From assembly GCA_963677595.1 (NCBI GenBank), contig OY782041.1:1952001-2016000 (forward strand): 64,000 nt of DNA, in the 5' to 3' direction. Made by a program: the position numbers and the translations under genes. Shown here in pieces: positions 19,222 through 27,886 of this stretch (position 1 is the first letter of the stretch; each line of letters opens with the position of its first letter). The DNA comes from Spirochaetia bacterium. Its GTDB lineage: Bacteria > Spirochaetota > Spirochaetia > CAKZLE01. The notes under the pieces were generated by a model, which was given only the letters and a program-made list of their open reading frames with translations, was not told where the DNA came from and ran no database searches.

Positions 19222-20390
19222 GAGCCAAGCAGAAAGAGAGCGGGAAGTTCCCGCCTGTCGTTGACGGAAAGAGTCAGTATGACCTCTATTCAGGGAAGTA
19301 CCTCAAGGTATGGCAGGGCCCGCAGCACCCCGGGATCACGGGGAACATGTCCCTCGAGCTCGTGACCTGCGGTGACCGTATCGTCGAGGCGAGGACCCAT
19401 GTCGGGTACCTCCACCGGGGATTCGAGAAGCTCATGGAGCGACGGAAGTATATCCAGTGCTTCCCCCTGGTCTGCAGGATCTGCGTGCCGGAGCCCGACT
19501 TCAACGAGTACCTCTTCGCAGAGTGTACCGAGGAGCTCGCGGGCATAGAGGTGCCCGAACGGGCGAAGTGGCTGCGTGCCATGAACCTCGAGATGGCACG
19601 GCTCACCTCGTTCCTCATGTGGCTCGGCGGACAGGCCGGGGCCTTCGGCATGGGAACGCTCGGGCAGTGGACGGTGACGATGCGTGACTACATGCTCGAC
19701 CTCTTCGAGGAGCTTACCGGTGGACGTATCTACCATATGTACATCATCCCCGGCGGGGTCCGCTCAGATGTGCCTGACGGCTATTTCGGCCGGGTCGAGG
19801 CTACCCTGCAGCAGATCGAGAAGGTCCTGAAGGACATCGAACTTGCGCTCTTCCATAACTCCGTCTTCAAGAAGCGGGCCAAAGGTCTCGGGTATATAGA
19901 CCCGTCTATGGTGGAGCTCTACGGCATCACCGGCCCGAACGCCCGGGGCAGCGGTATCGCGAGGGATATCAGGAAGGATGTCGGCTACCTCGTCTATGAC
20001 GAACTCGACTTCGAGCCGGTCACGGCGACTGACGGCGATGCCTATGCCAGGACCTGGGTCCGGTACCAGGAGATCCACCAGTCGATCGACCTGATCAGGC
20101 AGATGATGGCAAAGATGCCCGAAGGGCAGTTCTTCCAGAAGCTCCCCAACGTCCTCCATTGGAAGATCCCGGCAGGCCAGACCTACCGTCGTGCGGAATG
20201 CACAAGAGGGGAGTACGGCTTCTACATGGTCTCCGACGGGTCGGAGTACCCGAGGAGGGTCGCCGTCAGGGGACCGAGCTACACCCATGCCGTCACGCTG
20301 ATGGAACGGCTGGCAGTCGGGACGAACATCGCGGATACAGCAGGGTTGATGGTATCGCTCCACACCTATCCGCCTGAGATAGAGAGGTAG
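19215..20390 (+). CDS. NuoD-like subunit without NiFe ligands (MbxL/MbsL)
   Basis: GPQHPG, GYLHRGFEK, RICVPEP, RGEYG, RGPSY; C-terminal HTYPPEIER lacks DPCxxC. Confidence 0.92.
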   Translation: MVGAKQKESGKFPPVVDGKSQYDLYSGKYLKVWQGPQHPGITGNMSLELVTCGDRIVEARTHVGYLHRGFEKLMERRKYIQCFPLVCRICVPEPDFNEYLFAECTEELAGIEVPERAKWLRAMNLEMARLTSFLMWLGGQAGAFGMGTLGQWTVTMRDYMLDLFEELTGGRIYHMYIIPGGVRSDVPDGYFGRVEATLQQIEKVLKDIELALFHNSVFKKRAKGLGYIDPSMVELYGITGPNARGSGIARDIRKDVGYLVYDELDFEPVTATDGDAYARTWVRYQEIHQSIDLIRQMMAKMPEGQFFQKLPNVLHWKIPAGQTYRRAECTRGEYGFYMVSDGSEYPRRVAVRGPSYTHAVTLMERLAVGTNIADTAGLMVSLHTYPPEIER

Positions 20391-20393
20391 TAT

Positions 20394-22178
20394 ATGAGTC
20401 TGAAAGATATAGTTGCACCGTTCTCCGTCTGGAAGCGGGTACTGGAAAAACCATACACAACGAAGAAGCCGATCGATGAGCGGCCGGGGGCAGCCCGGTA
20501 CCGCGGGTTCCATATAAACGACGTGGACAAGTGCATCGGCTGCGGGACCTGTGAGGAGATCTGCCAGAATGCGGCGATCGACCTGGTCCCCGTATCGAAG
20601 ACCAAGCACGGGGACTCCGGCCTGCGGCCGAAGATCGACTACGGCAGGTGCTGCTGGTGCGCGCTCTGCGTCGATATCTGCCCCACGGGATCGCTCGGGA
20701 TGAGCAATGAGTACATCTGGGTCGAGAACGACCCGGAGGCCTACCGGTTCATCCCCGGGCACGACGAGAAGAGCTGGAACGGCAGCGAACTCGGTTACCG
20801 CCGCGCTGAAGGCTATGACCTGCTCGAGGGCGAGCGGGTCGCCATGCCGATGCTCCCCTTCGAGGAGAGCCAGAAGAGCTTCATCGAGATGGTCCTCGGA
20901 TACTCGAAGGAACAGGCTCAGCGTGAGGCTGACCGGTGTATCGCCTGCGGCATCTGCGTCGCCACCTGCCCGGCTCACATGAACGTGCCTGACTACATCA
21001 AGGCCATACGTGACGATGACATGGAAGAGGGACTGCGGATCGTTTACCAGGCGAACCCGCTGCCTGCCTCCTGCGGGCGTGTCTGCTCCCATGCATGTGA
21101 GTATGTCTGTGCCGTGAAGCATAAGGGTGAGGCGCTCTCCATCCGCTGGCTCAAGCGGTACATCATCGACCAGATCTACAAGGACGACTATACGAAGATC
21201 CTTGACGAGATGCCGGAGGAGAACGGCAGGAAGGTCGCGATCATCGGATCGGGACCGGGGGGCTTGAGTGCCGCCTACTACCTGAGGCTCCTCGGGTACA
21301 GTGTGACGGTCTACGACGCGAACGAGAAAGCCGGTGGTATGCTTCGCTACGGAATACCCGAGTACCGGCTTCCCTACGACCAGGTCGACAAGGATATCGT
21401 GTATCTCACGACGCTGGGCGTGAAGATCGAGCAGAATGTACGTATCGGGGTGGACAAACCCATGAAGGAGATCTATGAGCAGAACGACGCGGTCTTCTTC
21501 TCCACAGGATTGACTGACCCCTACGGTCTCGGTATTGCCGGTGAGGACCTCAAGGGTGTCCTCTCCGGTCTGGGCATGCTCGATGACGTGACGAACGGCA
21601 AGACCCCGGACATCGGGGGATCGGTGGTGGTCATCGGCGGTGGTAACGTCGCCATGGATGCTGCCAGGACGAGCCGGCGGTACAAGGCTGACGTGACCAT
21701 CCTCTACCGGAGGCGCGAGGTCGATATGCCGGCCGATGTCGAGGAGATCGAGGAGTCCCAGGGAGAGGGCTGTACCCTGATCACCCAGGCGATCCCGCTG
21801 AGGATCGAGAAGGGGGACAAGACGAGGTTGAAGCTCTATTGGGGCAAGGCAGAGATGGTAGCCGACAGCAAGGGTGGCAGGCCGAGGCCGGTGCTCATCG
21901 AGGGTTCGGAAGAGCTCATCGAATGTGACACCATCATACCCGCGATCGGGCAGGCGGCAGACTACTCGTTCCTCCCTGATGATATTGCCAAGTCGGTCAC
22001 CTTCACCCGGGGCTATGTCGATGTCAACGAGTTCTACCAGACGGGTGACAAGAAGATATTCGCCGGAGGTGATATCGCAAACCCGAAGCGGGATGCCATC
22101 AGCGCCATCGCCAACGGCCACTCCGCAGCGAAGGGGATCGATATCTACCTGAACGATTTCGCTGAAGGGGAAGAATAG
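20394..22178 (+). CDS. NuoI-like 2x[4Fe-4S] domain fused to GltD/SudA-like FAD/NAD(P)H oxidoreductase (MbxN fusion)
   Basis: RYRGFH..CIGCGTCEEIC and CCWCALCVDICP; then CIACGICVATCP, CGRVCSHACE, IIGSGPGG, GGMLRYGIP, IGGGNVAMD, YRRR, FAGGD. Confidence 0.92.
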   Translation: MSLKDIVAPFSVWKRVLEKPYTTKKPIDERPGAARYRGFHINDVDKCIGCGTCEEICQNAAIDLVPVSKTKHGDSGLRPKIDYGRCCWCALCVDICPTGSLGMSNEYIWVENDPEAYRFIPGHDEKSWNGSELGYRRAEGYDLLEGERVAMPMLPFEESQKSFIEMVLGYSKEQAQREADRCIACGICVATCPAHMNVPDYIKAIRDDDMEEGLRIVYQANPLPASCGRVCSHACEYVCAVKHKGEALSIRWLKRYIIDQIYKDDYTKILDEMPEENGRKVAIIGSGPGGLSAAYYLRLLGYSVTVYDANEKAGGMLRYGIPEYRLPYDQVDKDIVYLTTLGVKIEQNVRIGVDKPMKEIYEQNDAVFFSTGLTDPYGLGIAGEDLKGVLSGLGMLDDVTNGKTPDIGGSVVVIGGGNVAMDAARTSRRYKADVTILYRRREVDMPADVEEIEESQGEGCTLITQAIPLRIEKGDKTRLKLYWGKAEMVADSKGGRPRPVLIEGSEELIECDTIIPAIGQAADYSFLPDDIAKSVTFTRGYVDVNEFYQTGDKKIFAGGDIANPKRDAISAIANGHSAAKGIDIYLNDFAEGEE

Positions 22179-22248
22179 TACCAGAACCGGTTCTATAATG
22201 CGGCATATGCTGATATACTTCCCCGGAACAAGGTGGTGAGAGAAGAAG

Positions 22249-22596
22249 ATGGATTTGTTTGAGATGCACTGTGAGGAGACTATACTGGAGTTGCGGGAAC
22301 GGTTCTCAAGTTCCCGGTGTGAGCTGGTGGAGCGCATGATGTCGATCATGTCCAACCCCATCCGGTTTCACATCCTCTGTGCGCTCAACCATGAACCGTT
22401 CACCGTTTCCGAGCTGGTGGACCTCACCGACTCGCAGCCTTCGAACGTATCACAGCAGCTGAAGATGATGACCCTCGCCGGGTACCTGGACAAGGAACGG
22501 CGGGGGAAACAGATCTACTACCGGCTCATCGAGGATAAGGTGTCACGCATCATCAGCCTGCTCGAGGAGCTCTTCCCCTTTGACCAGCCAGAATAG
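22249..22596 (+). CDS. ArsR/SmtB family repressor (BigR/SqrR/YgaV-like)
   Basis: SNPIRFHILCAL..TVSEL..SQPSNVSQQL..ERRGKQIYYRL. Confidence 0.88.
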   Translation: MDLFEMHCEETILELRERFSSSRCELVERMMSIMSNPIRFHILCALNHEPFTVSELVDLTDSQPSNVSQQLKMMTLAGYLDKERRGKQIYYRLIEDKVSRIISLLEELFPFDQPE

Positions 22597-22813
22597 CGGC
22601 TTCGCTTACCTGAAACCTCACGAACAGACGCCTCACAAAAACAGCATACGACAGGAATACCATTGCGGAGTGGGGATTCCTGGGGTATAGTAGTAGTATG
22701 ATGTTACATCATGTAATGTAAGGTTTTCAGGCTATACACTACAGTTCTGTTCTGATCCGACTCTGCCTGATGATCTTTTCTGAGGGAATGTTCTGAAACC
22801 AGGGGGAGGAATC

Positions 22814-23623
22814 ATGGCAAAGACCTATCATGAGAAAGAGATCGATGAGAGATTGAAACTGCAGGTGCTCGATCAGATACCTACGCCTGTCATCGCGATC
22901 AATATGGAGTATGAGCTCATCTATGTGAATGATGCCGCCACGAAGCTGCGCGGCAGATCCAAGGAGAACCTCCTGGGGTATCACTGCTATGAGATGTTCG
23001 GGACACCTCACTGTAATACCCCGAGCTGCTGCATGCGCAAAGCCATGGAGACCGGGGAGATGTTCTCCGCACGGAACGAGATCCCCCTTGATGAGGGTGG
23101 ATCCATCCCCATCATGTATTATACCGTACCTCTCAAGGATGATGATGGGAATGTCATCGGCGGGCTAGAGTATATCGTCGATATCACGGACCAGGTCTCG
23201 TATGAGGCACGCATCAAGGAACAGAGCAAACAGATGTCCAAGATGTCGACTCCGACGATCAAGCTGTGGGAAGGGGTGCTGGTGCTGCCCGTGATCGGGG
23301 TGGTCGACTCTCTCAGAGCTCAGCTCATGATGGAGAGCATGCTCGACAAGATCGTTGAGACTTCGGCAAAAGTCATCCTCCTCGACATCCAGGGGGTGGC
23401 TGCCGTTGATACTGCCATCGCGAACCACCTGATCAAGATCACGAAAGCCACGAAGCTGATGGGCTGTGAATGCATCCTGTCCGGCATTTCTCCGGCGGTG
23501 GCCCAGACGATCATCCAGCTCGGTATCGACATGATAGACTCTATCAAGACCATGTCCACGCTGAGCGATGGACTGGCCGAAGCCTTCAAGATCCTGAACA
23601 TGCGGGTCGAGAAGATAGACTGA
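22814..23623 (+). CDS. rsbR: RsbR-like stressosome sensor (PAS + STAS)
   Basis: N-terminal PAS; C-terminal STPTIKLWEGVLVLPVIGVVDSLRA..LDIQGVAAVDT..LMGCECILSGISPAVAQTI. Confidence 0.9.
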   Translation: MAKTYHEKEIDERLKLQVLDQIPTPVIAINMEYELIYVNDAATKLRGRSKENLLGYHCYEMFGTPHCNTPSCCMRKAMETGEMFSARNEIPLDEGGSIPIMYYTVPLKDDDGNVIGGLEYIVDITDQVSYEARIKEQSKQMSKMSTPTIKLWEGVLVLPVIGVVDSLRAQLMMESMLDKIVETSAKVILLDIQGVAAVDTAIANHLIKITKATKLMGCECILSGISPAVAQTIIQLGIDMIDSIKTMSTLSDGLAEAFKILNMRVEKID

Positions 23624-23627
23624 GCAG

Positions 23628-24017
23628 TTGTCTATGGGGATGGTGGGAGGTTCGCTCAGGTCATCGATCACAGAGATCAATAATAATCTGATCATCACTC
23701 TTGCCGCTGAGATGGATGATGAGGATCTTGCGTCCTTCAGCGAATCGGTGACGTTATTCAGCCATGGTCGTAAGCTCAATGGGGCTGTCATAGATTTCTC
23801 TATGGTGCAGGTACTGGACAGCTATACGCTGGAGGTCCTGCTGTCGTTGTCGAAGCATATCACGCTGCTCGGAGCAGAGGTCGTCTGGGTCGGGTTGAAG
23901 CCAGGAGTGGTCATCGGGCTGATAGACCTGAACATCGATCTTGACCAACTCAAGTTCAGGACTGCACTGAACCTTGACAGGGGGCTGGTGCTGCTTCAAA
24001 AGGGGCAGAATTCTTGA
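23628..24017 (+). CDS. rsbS: RsbS-like STAS antagonist
   Basis: IDFSMVQVLDS (phospho-Ser position), LLGAEVVWVGLKPGV, TALNLDRG; exact start uncertain. Confidence 0.85.
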   Translation: MSMGMVGGSLRSSITEINNNLIITLAAEMDDEDLASFSESVTLFSHGRKLNGAVIDFSMVQVLDSYTLEVLLSLSKHITLLGAEVVWVGLKPGVVIGLIDLNIDLDQLKFRTALNLDRGLVLLQKGQNS

Positions 24018-24043
24018 CTATGGCTGTGATGCAGGGAGCCCGT

Positions 24044-24499
24044 ATGAGAGTGGAACAGGATCGGGCAGGTTTGATAGTACTCGAGACCTGCAGGGTGGAT
24101 ATAACGCATCCCTCCGACACGGGGCACGTGATCCCCCTCTGCAGGCTGATGGCCAGGAAGGCGGGCTTTTCTGAGCGAGATGAGTTCCTCCTTGCCACGG
24201 TCGCATCAGAGCTGACGACGAACATCGTCAGGTATGCCGGCAAAGGGGAACTGAACATCAGGATCCTCAGGAATCCCGCCACACGCCTGATAGGGCTCGA
24301 ACTCTATGCAGAGGATCATGGTCCGGGCATCGAGAATGTGGAACTTGCCATGACGGATAACTACTCGACAACGAGGAACAGCATCGGCTCAGGGCTGCCG
24401 GGGGTGAAGCGGATCATGGATGAGTTCTCGCTTGAGACAGCTGTCGGGGAGGGTGTCAGGATCAGGGCGGTGAAGTGGGGCAGACATGCAGAGGGTTGA
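24044..24499 (+). CDS. rsbT: RsbT-like Ser/Thr switch kinase
   Basis: AGFS..ATVASELTTNIVRYA, DHGPGI, YSTT..GSGLPGVKRIMDEF; start could be 24020. Confidence 0.9.
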   Translation: MRVEQDRAGLIVLETCRVDITHPSDTGHVIPLCRLMARKAGFSERDEFLLATVASELTTNIVRYAGKGELNIRILRNPATRLIGLELYAEDHGPGIENVELAMTDNYSTTRNSIGSGLPGVKRIMDEFSLETAVGEGVRIRAVKWGRHAEG

Positions 24500-25139
24500 G
24501 TACGGTACCGCAGTCCAGCCGTTGATCGGGGGGATCGAAGACAGCGGAGACATCGCTGTGGTCAGGGAGGATACGGGCTCTCTCTATTTTGCCCTGGTTG
24601 ATGTGCTCGGCCATGGGAGTGAGGCAGGGGAGGTCGCTGCGCAAGCCAGCCAGTTCCTGGGGTGTCACTGCGACGAGAGTCTGGTTGACCAGCTGAACGG
24701 GCTGCATGAGCACCTGAACGGGACAAGGGGTGCTGTTGCTGCGCTGTGCAGGTTGAATGTCGAAGACGGGACGCTGCAGCTGGCGGGTATAGGGAATATT
24801 GCCGTGCGGGTCATCGGTAGAGATTCATTTCAATTCGTACTTCGAGACGGGATCATCGGATACGGCCGGATCAAAGCCCTGCTCCAGGAGCGAACGATCT
24901 CACCGGGAGAATATATCGTCCTCCATTCAGACGGGATACGTTCCTTCCTCCGGGCAGAGAACTGTTTCGCTGCGATCAGGGGAAGTGCACATACCGTTGC
25001 TGACAATATCCTCAAGGAGTGTGCCTCTGGTGATGATGATGCTTCCTGTATTGTAGTGAGATATACGGGAGCAGATCCTATGGCCTCTTCATCCTATGTG
25101 CCGTTTACCGGCAGATTGTCCGGGAGGTCAGGTTCATGA
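24486..25139 (+). CDS. rsbX: RsbX-like PP2C/SpoIIE phosphatase
   Basis: SGD, VDVLGHG, TRGAV, GIGNI, HSDGI, DDAS. Confidence 0.88.
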   Translation: MQRVEYGTAVQPLIGGIEDSGDIAVVREDTGSLYFALVDVLGHGSEAGEVAAQASQFLGCHCDESLVDQLNGLHEHLNGTRGAVAALCRLNVEDGTLQLAGIGNIAVRVIGRDSFQFVLRDGIIGYGRIKALLQERTISPGEYIVLHSDGIRSFLRAENCFAAIRGSAHTVADNILKECASGDDDASCIVVRYTGADPMASSSYVPFTGRLSGRSGS

Positions 25140-27886
25140 ATCTGGGTAGATTGCAGCTCTTTGATTCACAGTCACTGATCACTGCCCGCAGCCGGATCCA
25201 TTCAGCGGCAAAGAGACTGGGCTGTCGGGAGATCTTCTGTATCAGGCTGGAGACCCTCTATTCTGAACTGTTCAGGAAGTGCCTCCTGTTTGGAGATGAT
25301 CTGGAACTCAACTTCTCCCTGGCTGTATGCCAGGGTAGGCAGGTCGCGGAGATCGTGATCACCGGGTTCAGCGCCCCGCCTGATCTCGCATCCCTGCCAA
25401 AGCACCGTCTGGCACACGTAACTGCAGAGACGCTGGCTGAAGGTAGTGCCATTCGATGCTCGACACCCCTTGATGAGGAGGTCAGCGGATGGGACGGCAA
25501 CTCTTCCGATGAGAGACTGCAGGCTGTTCGCGACATCCTTGCGGAGAAGAGCAGGAACGAACTGCTGAAGGATATACTCCATAAGAACGAGGAACTCGAG
25601 CACAGCAGGACGCTGATCCATTCCGTCCTGGAGAATATCGACTCCATCGTCTATGCCAAGGACCTGGAAGGCCGGTATACCCTGGTGAACCATGACTGGG
25701 AAGCTGCCAGGGGCTTCTCGCAGGCCCAGGTGATCGGACGTCGCGATATCGACATCTTCAGGGATGGGGAGAGTGAGTCGAGCAAGAGGCTGCGAAATGA
25801 CAACCATACCCAGGATCTGCAGGTCATGGTTGATGCTGTGATGTTCAAGGCTGAAGAGGTGATCGTGACACCGGAAGGTGCTGCCAAGCAGCTGCTTACT
25901 GTCAAGATCCCGCTTATCCGGCAGGATGAGGTCTACGGGATCAGCAGCATATCGATCGATATAACCGAACAGAAGGAGCTCTATGCCGAGTTAGAGGAGG
26001 CCCGGAAGATCGCCGAGGATGCTGCTGAGACGAAGTCAGCCTTCCTGGCTAACATGAGCCATGAGATCCGAACCCCGATGAACGCCATTATCGGTATGGC
26101 CCACCTGGTAGGGGAGACAGAGCTGAATGATAGGCAGCAGGGGTATGTGGAGAATATCCAGAAGTCGGGGGAACTGCTCCTTGGGATCATCAACGACATC
26201 CTCGACTACTCCAAGATCGAGGCTGGTAAGCTCGATATCGAAGAGACGGTGTTCAGCCTGTCTGAGGTCCTTCGCACCCTCAGGACCATCATAGACCTGA
26301 AATGCGAGACGAAGGGCTTAAGGCTCGCCTTCGAGATCGGGAAGCAGATACCGGTCTATCTCATCGGGGACCCGCTGCGTATCGGGCAGATCCTGATCAA
26401 CTACGCGAACAATGCGGTGAAGTTCACGCAAGAGGGTGGGGTGACCGTGCGGATATCCCTTGTGGGGAGACAGGATACCATCTATACGCTGCGTTTCGAG
26501 GTAGTCGACACCGGTATCGGTCTCACGGAGGAGCAGATGGGGAAACTCTTCTCCTCCTTCTCCCAGGCCGATGTCTCCATCACCCGACAGTACGGCGGTT
26601 CCGGACTCGGGCTCTCCATCTCGAAGAATCTCGCGCAGATGATGCACGGGACCGTTGGAGTCTCTTCCGTCTATGGGGAAGGCAGTACGTTCTGGTTCAC
26701 GGTTCCGCTGCATATCGATGAGGGGCACTATGGGGAAGGAGAGCAGCCTGAAGACCTTGATGAGACGTTCCAGAGGGAACTCGACCATCCTACCATAGGC
26801 AGGGGCAATCAGGAGAACGGTCCTGTTCCCGTGTTCAGGGAAGCCTCCGTCCTGCTCGTTGAGGATAACGAACTGAACATCCAGGTGGCAGAGGGGATGC
26901 TGGAGAAGTGGGGCATCAAGCCTGCTGTCGCGAGGAATGGCGAGATAGCCCTCAGCAAGGTGAAAGATACTCGCTATGACCTTATCTTCATGGATATGCA
27001 GATGCCGGTGATGGACGGGATCACGGCCAGTCACGAGATCCGGAAGGTCTTCACGATCGATGAACTCCCTATCATCGCCATGACAGCGAATGCCATGGCC
27101 GAGGACATCGAGAAGTGTGCACAAGCCGGGATGAACGGCCATATCGCGAAACCGATCGAGCCGGACAAGCTCCTTGGTACCCTGCAGCAATACCTGAAAT
27201 CGTACGAGACCGTAGAAGAACGTCCTGACGATATAGCAGGACAGAAGGACATGGAGAAACTCTTCATACCCGGCCTGAGGGCCGAAGCCGCTGTGGATCG
27301 GCTCGGTGGGAGTTGGGCTACCTATCGGGACCTGCTCGAGCTCTTCCTCTCTGAGAATAAGGATACAGAAGCGCAGCTCACCGGATTGCTTGAGTCCGGG
27401 CAGTTCCAGGAGGCCCAGCTGCTTGCCCATACCGTCAAGGGGACTGCCGGGGCGATCGGTGCAGTCCAGACTGCGGATCGTGCCAAAGATGTAGAGACTG
27501 CCCTGAAGAACCAGGAAGATCCTGGTCGCATTGCAGATCTTGTCTCAGCCCTGGCAGGGGAGCTGAACCCGCTGCTTGGACTGCTTCGATCCGAGTTCGC
27601 TGCGGGGGTTGACGTCACTGGTCAGTCAACATCTGGAGTAGGGGCTGTGCTGACACAAGAGAGCCTGGGCCTGCTTTATGACCTTGGTGATGTACTGAAG
27701 AAGCACAACCCGAAACGGTCGAAAGAGGCAGTGAACCGCTGTCTGGAACAAGCCTGGCCTAATGAGATCGCAGAAGGACTGTCGGAACTGGAGAAGATGG
27801 TAAAGGGCTTTCGCTACAAGGATGCCATAGTATTGATAGAGAGACTGATCAGCTCTGCTGAAGAGAACCGAAGGAGTGATACATGA
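25136..27886 (+). CDS. Hybrid sensor histidine kinase (degenerate RsbT-like N-terminus, PAS, HisKA, HATPase, REC, Hpt)
   Basis: FLANMSHEIRTPMN, NNAVKFT, DTGIG, GGSGLGL, FMDMQMP, AHTVKG. Confidence 0.93.
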   Translation: MNLGRLQLFDSQSLITARSRIHSAAKRLGCREIFCIRLETLYSELFRKCLLFGDDLELNFSLAVCQGRQVAEIVITGFSAPPDLASLPKHRLAHVTAETLAEGSAIRCSTPLDEEVSGWDGNSSDERLQAVRDILAEKSRNELLKDILHKNEELEHSRTLIHSVLENIDSIVYAKDLEGRYTLVNHDWEAARGFSQAQVIGRRDIDIFRDGESESSKRLRNDNHTQDLQVMVDAVMFKAEEVIVTPEGAAKQLLTVKIPLIRQDEVYGISSISIDITEQKELYAELEEARKIAEDAAETKSAFLANMSHEIRTPMNAIIGMAHLVGETELNDRQQGYVENIQKSGELLLGIINDILDYSKIEAGKLDIEETVFSLSEVLRTLRTIIDLKCETKGLRLAFEIGKQIPVYLIGDPLRIGQILINYANNAVKFTQEGGVTVRISLVGRQDTIYTLRFEVVDTGIGLTEEQMGKLFSSFSQADVSITRQYGGSGLGLSISKNLAQMMHGTVGVSSVYGEGSTFWFTVPLHIDEGHYGEGEQPEDLDETFQRELDHPTIGRGNQENGPVPVFREASVLLVEDNELNIQVAEGMLEKWGIKPAVARNGEIALSKVKDTRYDLIFMDMQMPVMDGITASHEIRKVFTIDELPIIAMTANAMAEDIEKCAQAGMNGHIAKPIEPDKLLGTLQQYLKSYETVEERPDDIAGQKDMEKLFIPGLRAEAAVDRLGGSWATYRDLLELFLSENKDTEAQLTGLLESGQFQEAQLLAHTVKGTAGAIGAVQTADRAKDVETALKNQEDPGRIADLVSALAGELNPLLGLLRSEFAAGVDVTGQSTSGVGAVLTQESLGLLYDLGDVLKKHNPKRSKEAVNRCLEQAWPNEIAEGLSELEKMVKGFRYKDAIVLIERLISSAEENRRSDT

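Noticed and set aside
18003-20390. Group 4 [NiFe] hydrogenase or canonical complex I
   Set aside because: No L1/L2 CxxC pairs, no maturation genes, no nuoA/E/F/G/J, and the NuoB tandem Cys is absent
20394-22178. Glutamate synthase small subunit gltD
   Set aside because: No gltB nearby, and the domain is fused to a NuoI-like module inside the mbx operon
19764-22361. 865-aa minus-strand ORF (and similar long antisense ORFs at 2921-4138, 5569-6555, 7336-8406, 16153-17454, 26318-27430, 36544-37620, 39506-40621)
   Set aside because: Shadow frames opposite well-supported genes in GC3-rich DNA; no recognisable motifs
22597-22813. c-di-GMP or fluoride riboswitch upstream of rsbR
   Set aside because: Only a short palindrome (TTACATCATGTAA) and a distant CCTGAAACCT/AGGTTTTCAGG pair; no consensus aptamer recognised
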